This document shows, in pieces, positions 1-13,536 of a stretch of DNA of 64,000 nt. The translations under genes and the position numbers were made by a program. Below the pieces are notes generated by a model. It was not told where the DNA came from. It worked only from the letters and a program-made list of their open reading frames with translations, and did no database searches. This DNA is from Octopus vulgaris. Taxonomy: Eukaryota. The stretch covers positions 110,050,001-110,114,000 of the forward strand of contig OX597818.1 of NCBI GenBank assembly GCA_951406725.2, written 5' to 3'. Position 1 is the stretch's first letter; the number at the start of each line of letters is the position of its first letter.

Positions 1-250
1 TTTAATAAATATTAAATTGTCACTTCGAATGTATATTATGGGAAATATATATATATACATACATACATACATACATACATGTTTTGTCAGCAGAGTTTCG
101 TTCAGGAATTTTTTTATTAATAAAATTAACTGACCTTGAGGTTTTCCTCCATCTAGTTGTTCAGTGGTTGAGTGCATCCAGCCATTTCAGTCTGAGAGGT
201 CACCTATAAAGCTATATTCTTCGATGAGCCATTACGGACAACCTTCTAAA

Positions 251-343
<93 letters not shown>

Positions 344-882
344 TCATTTCTTTTTTTAATTTAGATCCCTAGACGCATGCGCGCACGCATGAGCACACAC
401 ATAAATACGGACCGATGATGATTGGCCCTTTACCGTTTTTCAAAACGAGCCCCTCTCCAAACAACTGAATTCCATACTCATTAAAATACTGTGTATGTGT
501 TTGAGTATTCCACAGTCACTTAAACTCTTAACGTATCACACAGGGCGAATCAGTATCATACAATAAATCGCAACAGCGGAAATTTGTTTTGCTAAGAAAA
601 ATTCCTCTGGTTATCTTTGCCAAAATTTACAACTCTACATTTTCCCTGAAACAGGTTTCAGGATCCGAAGGTATGGTAAAAGACACTTGTATGAGATACC
701 ACACGGATAAATCGAACGTGGAACTGCATGATTCTAAAGAAAACTTCTTAATATTTAAGCTTCCTTTACGTGAATATATATATTCACACACAGAGATCAA
801 ATACACACACACACACACACACACACACTTGTATATATATATATATATATATATATAAATGTGTGTGTGTGTGTGTGTATGT

Positions 883-2550
883 TTGTTCAGTTTTATTTCA
901 AGATTTCTTGCCAATAGAGAAAGAGCCGGTTTCTAACCTAGATTCAAGTCTCCTTCATTGGAATTTCAACATCAACAACAGGTTGTTTTTGTTTCTATGT
1001 ATGTATTTATGTAAATATGTATGTATGTATACGTGCAGATTTGTATGTTTCGCTTTATGTATGCATTCTCATGCATATAGTTACATATCTAGACATTCTG
1101 GGAAGTTTTACAGATTTTTACAGTTCCAATGATGGATTGGATCTGTAGTTTTTCGAATTAGCTTTCTCCTTTCTGGTTTTGAGAGGCCTAATTCCTCAAG
1201 ATTCGTATTTAATTAGTGCGTTACATATCCCAGTACCCCAATAATTACAGGTATAAACCTGAACTTGTAATCTAGATAGAGTAACTGCAGATTTCTCAAT
1301 AGTTCAGCATAGGAGTTCTCTTTTTCACTGATCTTCAGCTTTATATTAACATCCACTGGGCAGCTAATTTCCACAACAGTGCACAGTTTCTCTTCTCTAT
1401 CCCAAATCATTATATCAGGTCTCTTGTGCTTACATTTTATTGAGGTCGTCACAGGGACATTCTACCAGCCCTCCTTTTATTATGAGTGGCTATGACTTCT
1501 ACCATATTGTGGATTTTTATTTCTTTGTCCTAAGGATTATCCTTCCGCCAGATTTCATTATAGAGTGTCCTAGCTACAGCATCATGTCTCATCGGTAGAT
1601 AATACCGTGATGACATTTTCGGACAACTGCTTATGATGCGGGTGATATCTTCAGTGTGAACTCAACAAATTCTGCATCGGTTGTCACATTTTACTGCTTT
1701 TCCTGCATCTCTATCCCTTTTGTGCATTAAGTACTTGGTTGATATCTCCTGTTCCTGGATTGCAAACGCATACCCTTCTAAGTGGGAGGTAGTAATCCAG
1801 CTATTTGTCCATGATAAACTGCTTTGATGATCGATCTTACTATCACCACAGAGATTTCTAGTAACATATCCATGCATAGTCTTTTGCTCATATAGGTTCA
1901 TCCTTTCCTCTGATGATATGTTGCAGTAGAGTCGTGTGACTTCTTTGGGCATGTATTCTAGGTTATCAGACAAAGAGTGTTGCTCAAGGAGCTGCCTTCC
2001 AAGTCTTATGATATTATCAGCCTCATATATGCAAACTTAGTCAAGGGATGCACTTCGACACTTGGTGGTTAAAAGATGTTGCTGTAATGATATGATATGA
2101 TATTACATTCAAAGGCATTTGGGATCGATTCTAAGCCTCTACCGCCTTGTTTCCGTTTTAGGTAGAGGAGGTCTACATCACTGTTTAAGTGGAAATTGTG
2201 TGCTTGTTAATATCTTCCGGATTTTCACATCAATGACTCGGATCTCATCAAGCATCCAATCAAGCAACCCAAATGTTGGAATGATTACTTCCGCTGCAAA
2301 CACATTGTGGGCCACTGTTTTATTGAATGCAGAGAGTTCTGAGATACAAACTTTACAGTTTATTCACCTGTAATACTCTTTAGCGACACGTATTTAGTTG
2401 TAAGATGTGTTTTCCTCCACCCTTAGATACCTGTAACATTCCTCGTCAGATATAGAGGAAACAGTCAAACCATTGATGGAGATGTTACTAGTCTGGTTTA
2501 TAGTCTTTCCGCTTTTCACAACCATATAACAACATTTATCCTGACCATAA
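883..2550 (-). mobile_element. 5'-truncated, decayed non-LTR retrotransposon with restriction-like endonuclease (R4/Dong-like clade)
   Basis: Minus-strand pieces in order: RT end (ECYRYL), EGYAFAIQEQEISTK, zinc knuckle CRIC*VHTEDITRIISSC, RHD motif, RLE core KRPDIMIWD...VVEISCP...EKENSY. Interrupted by stops/frameshifts. 3' UTR ends ...aaataaaactgaacaa at ~883. Confidence 0.85.
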
Positions 2551-2586
2551 ATATGTGTGTGTATGTATGTAATATATATATATATA

Positions 2587-2931
2587 CCTCTGGAGTCAAT
2601 TGGGTAGGTATTTGAATGTGCAGCAATACAGGAACCGACACGAGCTGTTTGGGGCACTTATTGCTGCATGAGGGGCCATCCCTGCACAGTACCTGCAGGC
2701 ACTCATAGACAGCATGCCGACCCGCGTAGCAGCTGTCATTGCTGCCAAAGGAGGAGCAACAAGATATTGACTAAATTTCACGATTAATAACAATTATGTG
2801 GTGTGCTGGGATATGTTTTAATAAATTTTTGATTAAAAACGAGTTCATTTCTGATAATAAGTTAATTAAATTAAGAAAATGTAAGGCAATGTAGAAATTT
2901 GAGAAGTGCTAATTAATTTCCGACGCAAGTG
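2587..2931 (+). mobile_element. Tc1-family transposon 3' fragment (transposase C-terminus plus right end)
   Basis: 2587-2771 translates LWSQLGR...LIAA*GAIPAQYLQALIDSMPTRVAAVIAAKGGATRY*, the typical Tc1 C-terminal SMPxRxxAVIxAKGGxTKY. The segment ends ...caagtg|TA. Confidence 0.8.
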
Positions 2932-3104
2932 TATTTTTTTTCTTTTTATTTAATTCTGTGAATTTTTGAAGTTACTTTTTGCTTTAAATATTTTATACCC
3001 CAAAACTCGTTACTGTTTTCTAAAATGCAAAGCTTTCGCTGTCGATATTTAATTTTCTTTAAAGTTCTTCGACCAGACAAAATTAAGCGGACGTAAAGGA
3101 TAGA

Positions 3105-3372
<268 letters not shown>

Positions 3373-3543
3373 ACTCATTGTCATTGCTCCATACGTGTCA
3401 CACAAAACAAGCAAAAAGTCACGGAATGGACTGGTGGTATCAGGGCTTTAAGATCGTTTCTTGATGCCAAATTCAAGTAAAATAAATTGAGATGATTAAA
3501 AAAAAAGAATGGATAAACGAAGAATTGCAGATTATAAATACAT

Positions 3544-3549
3544 TTTATT
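3544..3549 (-). promoter_or_regulatory. candidate polyadenylation signal AATAAA for the minus-strand gene
   Basis: tttatt on +, about 790 nt downstream of the stop at 4335 and just before the microsatellite block. Confidence 0.3.
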
Positions 3550-4334
3550 GTCAAATTCCGTTTTTAGTACAAGACCCAATTTAGAATCCTGGAAATTCAA
3601 AATACAGAAAAGCCATTATATCAATTATCTAGGCTGGAACACCCTTACATTCATACATTTACATTATACAAGTGTGAACATATAATATACATGCATATCC
3701 ATACGTACATATATATATATATATATGTAGGTGACTGAGTAAATCTTCGTCTCAGGGAAATAGAGATTTCGAGATATGGAATGTGTGCGGAAGTGTTTAT
3801 AAAATCAACACAGAGGACACATTTGTAATCGTACCGTTAAGTGTGTATCGAGACGTATAGAAGTGGACTTGTTTGCCAATGAACATGACGCGAATTTTCA
3901 ACACACTCACATACATACACGCTCAAAAATCGCTTTCAGTAATTCACATGTGCACGCATCAATATTTGAACTCTGTGTTTTATATCCGTTTTAAGAGTTT
4001 CCGTAGGTCTTCGTCCATGTCTGTGTATGTATATATGTGAATATATATACCGAGAAGAGGCTATTTGTTTTGTCATTGTATGTGTATGGTGTGTTGGTTG
4101 ATACGTCTTCCTTTGTTTGGTGACAGAATCGAGAAGGAAGCGATACACGCAAAAGAGAGACAAACTCACAAACAGATTGATGATATTTTCGTTCATTTTC
4201 TAACGAATATTAAATTAGTTCCAAATTCGGGTAACTGTACGCCATTGTGGACAGTCATCCGAACATGATAATGGCTGCTTTACAGTCCACGTTAGCAAGC
4301 TCGCTAGCTAGCTAGCTATTTGCTTCTTCATTCG

Positions 4335-4610
4335 TCATTGAGGTGGTTGTGGTGATGAAAAAGATGATGGTGATGGTGACGATGAGAATGACGACGACGA
4401 AGGAGATGACGATGCTGACGACGAAGACGCTGCTCCGTTGGCCGGAAGGCCAGCATCGACACTTGAACGCGGTTTCTGTAATTTTTCACCTATTTGTCGA
4501 ATATGCTCGCTGTTTTGGGCGAGGATTTCTTGTTGCCGTTTCTGTTTTCGTCTGGCTGCTGCCAGCTTTTGGCCTTGATATTGGTGCATGTTTAAAGTTT
4601 CCAGAAGATC
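4335..4610 (-). CDS. terminal coding exon of an unidentified protein (DLLETLNMHQYQGQKLAAARRKQKRQQEILAQ...Ser/Pro-rich tail, stop)
   Basis: Strong acceptor ttctttctctgtctcttgcag immediately upstream (AG at 4612-4611). Open phase-0 frame of 91 codons plus TGA in unique, GC-richer sequence. Confidence 0.7.
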   Translation of the reverse strand, partial: DLLETLNMHQYQGQKLAAARRKQKRQQEILAQNSEHIRQIGEKLQKPRSSVDAGLPANGAASSSSASSSPSSSSFSSSPSPSSFSSPQPPQ

Positions 4611-5379
4611 CTGCAAGAGACAGAGAAAGAAATTTAATACAATAGGATGCAAATCACTGATTTAGATGCGGTTGGAATGATTAAGGAAGGACAACATTTA
4701 TTATTTCGCTAATATATGTGAATATATATACCGAGAAGAGGCGATGATATAATGGCGAAAATTATTTACTAATGGAAAGTAAGAAACATTTAAGCCCCAT
4801 AAATTAAAGAAAGGTGCAAAAATATTAGAACAAATGAACAATACACTATGCAGATATTCAACCAGTCACAAGAACACACACACTCACAGGCAAGTATACA
4901 TAACATTCTTACTATGTTGTGTTACTGTAGTTTTACTGCATATACTTTTTACTAGAATTATTTTTCATCGTAAATTTCTGTGACATATTTACACCAGCAA
5001 CAGTAATTTGATCCACATTTTTCAAAAATGTTGATGATGTAATTATTTCCCTGCCACATTAAATTAAATTAATTGAATTACAATAATTAATATTTACGTA
5101 ATTATTAATTGATTAGCAATATCATTCTGTGTGTTATCAAAACAACTACAGACAAAATGAAAATTTTGCAATACCAATGAGATCGTTTGTTTTCTATTCT
5201 TCTCCAAATTTTCCTGTGGACATTCATTTAGACAACTTGAAACTTTGAGCAATATTACACCGTTTGTTACTTTTGCAGTGAGGTAGTAATATATTGGAAC
5301 TTAAACGATATGTTAATGAATTAGACTCTTCTAGAATTCTCCGGATATAATCTTTTAGTGCATAGATGCATACACACCT

Positions 5380-5410
<31 letters not shown>

Positions 5411-6002
5411 GTAGTTGAGTGAATTATCCTAGTATGGATAATTCGGTTAACCGATATCCGGGTAGCAAATTTACGTCAGAAAACACGGTTTTTATACTCC
5501 GTTACATGAAGGCCGACTACCAAATTTCGTTGGGATATGTTTTACCTTTGTCTCTCTACCTCTCACCCCTCTCTCTCTCCCTCTCTCTATCATAGGCACA
5601 ATCAAACACACAGACACAAACCTGTCACTTCACCACTAGATGTATTTGGCTTTATTCCCCCACACACACACACACACAATGACGCACAAACATACACACA
5701 CATAGACACGAATGCAGTTATATACATACACACACATAGGTACTCAATCTCATTAGCAAAAGCAAACAACAACGCACCCCCATACATACGACTTGCACTC
5801 TGTCACCTTCCTATTCTTAGAACTTTCCCCTTCCAACCATTTTTGAACTCTTGAACTTTTTAGAATATTCTCCATCCAACCAATTTTGACGTCACTGCTT
5901 ATAACTGAATATTTTAAAGAAACACTCATTATCACTATGGACTCCGTGTGGGCAGTCATCTAAAAGGTTTTGTTCGTCATGATGCTGACATAACTTCCTT
6001 GG

Positions 6003-6091
6003 CTTTCCTGATGAGAAGGCGGCATAATGCACCCTTTATTCCTTCGGAATTAAGAATATGCAGTCTTCGAAACATATGTCGAGAATAAAGG
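6003..6091 (+). ncRNA. type I hammerhead ribozyme motif with GUC site and loop II pseudoknot, within a short repeat ending in (TA)n
   Basis: tttc-CTGATGA-gaaggc...gtcttc-GAAA-C-ATAT-GTC^gaga. Stem II gaaggc/gtcttc plus gcat/atgc. Palindromic stem III acatatgt. Loop cctttattc is complementary to downstream gaataaagg. Confidence 0.75.
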
Positions 6092-6126
6092 AATTTTGTT
6101 AAATCGTCGTTCGACTCCATTCTTTC

Positions 6127-6128
<2 letters not shown>

Positions 6129-6189
<61 letters not shown>

Positions 6190-6224
6190 ATATATATTAT
6201 ATACATGTATATATGTATATATAT

Positions 6225-6275
<51 letters not shown>

Positions 6276-6383
6276 ATATATATATATATGTATATATATA
6301 TACATATATATATATTTATTTATTTTTATTTTTTTTATTTTATCTAGTTTCAGCTCACGAGCTGTGGCCATGCTGTGGCCATA

Positions 6384-6436
<53 letters not shown>
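6129..6436. repeat. (TA)n microsatellite with a short SINE 3' remnant at 6340-6380
   Basis: Visible TA runs; tttcagctcacgagctgtggccatgctg resembles the SINE-A tail. Confidence 0.9.
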
Positions 6437-6439
<3 letters not shown>

Positions 6440-6499
6440 ATAAAACTTACTTAGAAAAGGATGCGTGGCGTTCGATCATATAATATTATAAACAATATA

Positions 6500-6950
6500 T
6501 AAATATATGCATACATACATACATATATGTACATACCTACATATATATGTAAATATACATGAATATATGGGTACAGGACATCAAAAAAACGTTGAACACA
6601 ATGAGAAACGAAAACATAAAAACAAAATCATGGAAACAAACTTTTTTTCAAACAACGAAAAAACATGCAACACATGTTCTTCAGTTGTCACTGTTTCGTC
6701 TACACCACGTTCGAAGGCAAGGACAAGATCCGACCTCGTTCAAACAGTCCTTCCCGCAAAGCAAATTAAATAATATTTGGGATTTTTTGCGGAGGGTGAA
6801 AGCGGTAACAAGAAAAGGACAGTAAGAACAAAAAAGTAAAATCAATACAAGTAAAAAACAGTAAAGGACAGGGCAACGAGAAGAACACAGTAAAAACAAA
6901 CGATGAGGGCTGTTAAGCCAAGACGATGGAAAAATTATTTTGAACGCATT
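6500..6950 (-). mobile_element. non-coding interspersed repeat (related copy at 8573-8905)
   Basis: Shared blocks gtacaggacatca...aaacg and ttcgaaggcaag...ccttcc(c/t)gc with 8573-8905; both sit in TA-rich microsatellite. Confidence 0.55.
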
Positions 6951-6967
6951 AATATATATAATATATA

Positions 6968-7158
6968 CTCTTTTACTCTTTTACTTGTTTCAGTCATTTG
7001 ACTGCGGCCATGCTGGAGCACCGGGACTTATTCTTTGTAAGCCCAGTACTTATTCTATCGGTCTCTATTGCCGAACCGCTAAGTGACGGGGACGTAAACA
7101 CACCAGCATCGGTTGTCAAGCAATGCTAGGAGGACAAACACAAACACACACACACACA

Positions 7159-7227
<69 letters not shown>

Positions 7228-7387
7228 GACAAGCTTCTTCCAGTTTCCGTCTACCAAATCCACTCACAAGGCATTGATCGGCCCGGGGCTATAGCAGAAG
7301 ATACTCGCCCAAGATGCCACGCAGTGGGACTGAACCCGGAACCATGTGGTTGGTTAGCAAGCTACTTACCACACAGCCACTCCTGCG

Positions 7388-7389
<2 letters not shown>
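6968..7389 (-). mobile_element. tRNA-derived SINE family A (CORE-like centre, internal TA/CA microsatellite, (AAAAGAGT)n tail)
   Basis: Head ggcgcaggagtggctgtgtggtaag (A box) and gggttcagtccc (B box); collinear with 41191-41613 and 54868-55327. Confidence 0.9.
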
Positions 7390-7451
<62 letters not shown>

Positions 7452-8310
7452 TATATATATGATATACAGTTTGTAAAATGACTGGTGTTAGTAAGGACAT
7501 CAGATGTAGAGAGCATGTCGAAACAGATACTGGCAGCTGCTATATTTAGACTTTGTCAGCTCCTGTCACCGTCCGACCCATGCCAGCATGGTTCTGAGAA
7601 GAAGGTAGAATTTTTTCAAGATTCTATCAGCAACGAGATTATTGTACTTGCTTGAGAATAAATTGTCTTGTCTTTGGCTTTATAATATATTCATTTGTTT
7701 GCTTTCCTTCTATGGTCGATACTTGTGGCCTCCTCATTTATGATGTTGTCTTTAATTACTCTACCCAGCTTCCTTTTATCTTCTGATTTTTATGTGGCTT
7801 TACACATTTTATTCTTTAGTGCTTTTACATATATTATGTATATGGGTGAAGTTGAAAGAAGTTACGTCTTTCGCTTGTAATGACTAATGAGAGATGATAT
7901 CTTCGTAACAACTTACGTAACCACAGCCATCGTGCATAGGAAATACAATGAAAATATCAATAAGTGCTCTTTGTTATGTATATGAAGGGGAATTATGTAT
8001 GCAAGTATACACAGGTCAACTAAAAGCGATAGAGGAACGCAGACATTACTAGATTCGACATACATACATACAGACAGACAGTCATACATACATTCAGACT
8101 TACATGCAGGCATACATACATACATAAGACATACATATATGCATACATCATACATACATACATACATACATGCAGGCATACATATAAACATACATACACA
8201 CACACATACATACATAATACATACATGCATACATTATCTCCCTTATAGTGGAAAAAACCCTGATTACCTTCCCCTGTCTGGAACTCCATATTTCACAACA
8301 TAGCGAAGAC

Positions 8311-8350
<40 letters not shown>

Positions 8351-8352
8351 GC

Positions 8353-8385
<33 letters not shown>

Positions 8386-8411
8386 TGTATGTATGTATGT
8401 ATGTATGTATG

Positions 8412-8454
<43 letters not shown>

Positions 8455-8526
8455 CTGTGAATTATGTATATATTATGTATATTTATATACTGAATGAAAA
8501 AGAGAGGTGAAAGTTTATTATTCGTG

Positions 8527-8572
<46 letters not shown>

Positions 8573-8905
8573 TGATAAATAAAAATATATGCATACATAC
8601 AAACATATATGTACGTACCTACATCTACATGTATATATACATGCATATATAAATAATTATACGGGAGTACAGGACATCACAATAAGACGTAGAAACGGAA
8701 AAAACCAAAAAGCCAAAAACAAGAAAACGAAAAACGAAAAACAAGAAAACGAAAAACAATTACAGGACGAGCTACACAAGGACAAAACCCCCGTCATCAG
8801 CTGTCGCTAGTGGAGTCAGGCATGTTTCGAAGGCAAGACAGAACACTAATCCAATAGGCCTTCCTGCGAGAGAATTAAAATAAAATTCCAAGCAGCGGGG
8901 CAAAA
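8573..8905 (-). mobile_element. non-coding interspersed repeat, relative of 6500-6950
   Basis: Same conserved blocks as 6500-6950. Confidence 0.5.
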
Positions 8906-8913
8906 TATATATA

Positions 8914-9428
8914 TCTCTATATATATAAAACTGTAGTTGTGTGAGTGTCTGTCCCCTTCGATTTAGATTCCTAACTACTCCCACATTTTGCGGTGCAGTT
9001 TAACCAAATTCGGGTATCTTATAGTCGTGATTCATATCGAGCCCGTCTGAGTATTAGCGCGCGTCTACGATGAGTCTACGATTTTAAAAATAATTTAACA
9101 TCATTTTTTATTCCATTTTAATGCATAATTTTTCGTGTGTCGATGGCGGCGGTGTTGGCGTCCATGGTCACACCTGCACCTGTTTGCTTCTCCCCCTTCT
9201 TCCCTCCCTCGTGAAGCTGTGGGGAAGGGAGTGTAAGGAAATCAACGTCGTAAAGCGTAGTCAAGGAGACCAGCGTTCTTTTAGAACAACGACTTCATGG
9301 CTTGAAGACACCAAAACAGAAATGGCTAAGAAAGCCCGAATTGGCATCTATAAGGGAAGTAACTCTCTAAAAATGCTTATATAGTTATTTCCCTTACAAA
9401 CGCGAGCAACGCCGGGCGATACTGCTAG
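8914..9428 (+). mobile_element. non-autonomous Helitron-like element
   Basis: Starts A|TCTCTATATATATAAAA and ends gcgagcaacgccgggcgatactgCTAG|T: 5'-TC, 3'-CTAG with a subterminal GC-rich motif, inserted in an A|T site, no TSD. Confidence 0.75.
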
Positions 9429-9436
9429 TATATATA

Positions 9437-9611
9437 TAAAGTTAATCCAAACGAGAAAGCACAAAAAACACAACACCGCGAGGACGTGGAACAAATATAG
9501 TATTATTGGACGCTCAGGAAAGAAGGAAGCTCTTCGTCGGAAACATAGAAGGAAAGATCCAGAGAAGGGAAGACAGAGGGAAAAAAATCGCCAACGGTAC
9601 ACACGAGGTCA
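9437..9611 (-). mobile_element. ~175-bp repeat family with hammerhead remnant (core partly deleted in this copy)
   Basis: Aligns by eye with 55356-55530 and 33079-33265 (cgttggcgatttttt...ctgagcgtc...ccacgtcctcgcg). Confidence 0.7.
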
Positions 9612-9625
9612 CATACACACACATA

Positions 9626-9693
<68 letters not shown>

Positions 9694-10150
9694 GCATATA
9701 TGTAATATATGTATGCGTGTATGCGTATACACACACACACACACATACATATACACACTTAAGACGTAGTAGTGGCTGCATTCATTTTTTTAGAATCATC
9801 CATCTTTGCTACTTCTCTTTCCAATCCATTCAGCGTTATCTTTTCTGCTCCAGACTATACAGTTATACAGTTTTCTTTATTCCAGATCATTGATATAAAA
9901 TCCCTTCCATTCATATATCGTGATGTCACTAAACTATATCTCAAGTGGATGTTGTTTTTTTGTATCCAGATTGTATTACTTCTTTAAATACCGAGTTTCC
10001 TGGGAATACCTTCAACAAACACAATATACTCCATTGTGACGATCTACTCCAATTTAATCTTTTTAAGCTTTCCATTATATCCAGAAACCGATCGATTGCT
10101 GTTGTTTTCGTCTTCATAATAACTATTAATATTATTATTATTATTATTAT

Positions 10151-10671
10151 TGAGTAAGAGAGCAGTGCATGCTATCCATGTGACGCTGGGGTAAACTATA
10201 CGAAGCCCAGTATATCCATCATGACTACTCGTCTGATAAGAGTACACCAGGCACATGCATACATGCATCACAACCATATGTGCGCGACATGGTGATCTCA
10301 GGTGGGGGCCCAGTTAGAATTTTCTTCTGGTCGAGTAACTCATCCCACTCAAAAGGTCCCTGAATAAGGGTTGTTTAAGGATGTTGAACGAAACACCTAT
10401 GTTTCCAGAGGTGAATTATTCAAACCCCAAAGAATCCCTCTCAACACATGGCTATGATGCTCCCCCACTACTTCTGCTTGTGATCAGAGATGCACATAAC
10501 GTCAGCCACTAAGGGACATGCTCAACTGGTTATGGTCAAACAACTGACAAGCAAATCTGTGGTATTGAGCAGAATATTTGCTGTAGCCCATCTTTTATAC
10601 CAAGACAAAACCATGTACATGATAACACTTCCAATCAGTCAAGATCAGAAGCCATGAGAGACACTGTCTGG
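10151..10671 (-). mobile_element. ~555-bp non-coding element embedded in (AAT)n, copy 1 (slightly truncated)
   Basis: High similarity to 10839-11397 and 47916-48478; flanked by ATT repeats on both sides. Confidence 0.85.
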
Positions 10672-10819
<148 letters not shown>

Positions 10820-10838
10820 GTATCATTATTATTATTAT

Positions 10839-11393
10839 TGAGTGAGAGAGCAGTTCATGCCATCAAAGTGACACTGGGGTAAAATATACGAAGCCCAATA
10901 TACCCATCATGACTACCTGTCTGATAAAGGTACACCAGGCACATAAATCACAACCATATGTGCGCGACATGGTGATCTCATATCAAGATAAACAGCACAT
11001 GACCTTGCAGGTGGGGCCCAGTTAGAATTTTCTTCAGGTTGAGTAGCCCATCCCGCTCAAAAGGTCCCTGAATAAGGGTTGTTTAAGGATGTTGAAAGAA
11101 CCACCCATGTTTCCAGAGGTGAACTATTCAAACCCCAAAGAATCCCTCTCAACACATGGCTATGATGCTCCCCCACTACTTCTGCTCGTGATCAGAGATG
11201 CACATATCGTCAGCCACTAAGGGACATGTTCAACTGGTTAAGGTCAAACAACTGACAAGCAAATCTGTGGTATTGAGCAGAATATTTGCTGTAGCCCATC
11301 TTTTATACCAAGACAAAACAATGTACATGATAACACTTCCAATCAGTTAAGATCAGAAGCCATGAGGGCCACTGCCTGGTACTGCATCAGGGC

Positions 11394-11397
<4 letters not shown>
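10839..11397 (-). mobile_element. ~555-bp non-coding element embedded in (AAT)n, copy 2
   Basis: Same termini (aaatgccctgatgc... / ...ctctctcactca) as 47916-48478. Confidence 0.85.
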
Positions 11398-11428
<31 letters not shown>

Positions 11429-11515
11429 GCATCATTATTATTATTAGTATCATTATTATTATTACTATTATTATTATTAGTATCATCATTATTATTACTA
11501 TTATTATTATTAGTA

Positions 11516-11596
<81 letters not shown>

Positions 11597-11608
11597 TTAT
11601 TATTATTA

Positions 11609-11650
<42 letters not shown>

Positions 11651-11703
11651 GTAGTAGTAGTATCATTATTATTATTATTATTATAGTAGTAGTAGTAGTA
11701 GTA

Positions 11704-11743
<40 letters not shown>

Positions 11744-11744
11744 C

Positions 11745-11818
<74 letters not shown>

Positions 11819-11823
11819 CATTA
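11398..11823. repeat. long (ATT)n/(AGT)n microsatellite
   Basis: Directly visible. Confidence 0.95.
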
Positions 11824-13284
11824 CTTAAAGCCGTGATGCCGTACCAGGTACTGGCTCTCATGGTTTCTGATCTTAACTGACTGGAAATATTATGTACATT
11901 GTTGGCTCTTCGGAGTGTGTCTATGTGAGGAGTAGAGAACTGAGTGGAACCCATGGCTTTTACCGATGGTAATTAAACCCATCAGCGCTAGAGTTTTCTT
12001 AATCCATCAGCGCTATTGTCTGCATTGGGTTGCTGGGAGTCTGTGAGATAGGAGAGGAGGTGTGGCTTGAGTCTGGACTGTGAGATAGATGAATGTATTG
12101 AGTGGCAATGACAAAGGATGCGTGTTTCTAAAAGTCTTAGAGAAGGTGTGTTTATGAAGGAGCATGCGTATTTCTAAAACACTTGGAAGTGTGTAGACGA
12201 ACATGGTGGATCTGTGTGATGCTGCAAGATTTCTGCTGGGCTTTCAAATGGTGAGATATTTTCCTCATTCCTATATTCCAGATTATCGGAATTTAGAAAC
12301 ATTTTCATGAAAGGTTGAAAGCGTTGCCGCCAACATTAAGCACTTCATGTGTATGTTTGTAAGTTTATCATGCCCTTCTTGAACCACCGGGGGCTTTTCG
12401 TTTCCTGGACCTCTTTATTCTGTTTCTTGTGTCTCATAGAAGGAAGCGGTTTGAACTTTTGGTCCAGAAGGAGAGTGTGTATTTGATCTTTCCTTCTCTC
12501 TCCCTTCAGATGGTTTTAACGGCTGACTTTTCCCAAAAGCTTCCATTAATGAAATTGTTGGAGTGTGGATAAACTATTTGAAGTCCTTGTGACATGAAAG
12601 ATGATGAATGTTAAATTAGCTGAAGGTGGCCATTCATTTGTATAATTTACTTCTTTTTTTGTAGATAGAAACGTTCGTCAATTTTCTAAATTGTTATATT
12701 TTGTTTGATTTCCTGAGTTTTATTTCTCTTGTGTGTGATGTTAGTGTGATATATCTTTTAATCAGATTGATTATTTAAGTTGTGTATTTCTGATGTCGCT
12801 TATGGAATATGTGCTTCTCTTGGTGGCAAGATGTGCCAACACTTAATTTACTAAATTTATTTACTGAAGTATCTTTGTTGTGGTCTTCTGAAATTTAATT
12901 TTGTTAGTTGCGTTGGTAGTGGATGCTTTTGAAGTTTACGAAAACGTTTTGCTTTGTTTATTAGTGTGTGAGTGTATGTTGTGATGATGATAAATTTGTA
13001 GTCTCAAGACAGTTTGTCATGTGGAGTTAGCGGTTAGCTAGTAACGAAAGTGCTGTTTGGTAATGTAATAGCTGTCTTTGACTTGGGCGAGGTATACAGG
13101 CGTGTGGGTGTGGCTTGCATAGGATAACAAAGACATTGTGTCATATCACCAGAATTGATTTTGTACTCGGATATGTTGTGTGCATTTCATCTCCCCTAAA
13201 CTATATTGAGAAGCAGAAGTAAAAGGATAACTATTAGTCGCAGACGAATTGTGAAAGTCGATGACTATAATGTATTTACATAGG

Positions 13285-13503
13285 GGTTTCAAATTTTGGC
13301 ACAAGGCCTGCACACTCGGGAGAAAGAGGGCAAGACGATTACATGGACCCTCCAGTGCTCAACTGGTACTTATTTTTTCGATCCGAAAGGATGAAAAGCA
13401 ACGTTTATCTCGGCGGAATCGGAACTCACAACGTAAAGACAAAGGAAATGCCGTTGAGCATTTTTGCACGGCACACTAACGATTCTGCCAGTTCACCGCC
13501 TTA
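13285..13503 (-). mobile_element. diverged SINE family B copy
   Basis: ctggtacttatt...gaaggatgaaaag...ggaactcacaacgtaaagac...ctgccagttcaccgcctt matches 25221-25450 in reverse. Confidence 0.75.
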
Positions 13504-13536
13504 AAAGCAAGATGAAATTATTTGCACCTAAACATG

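Noticed and set aside
11940-13200. Possible LINE ORF1/Penelope remnant on the minus strand
   Set aside because: The A-rich minus strand is suggestive, but no diagnostic motif could be read.
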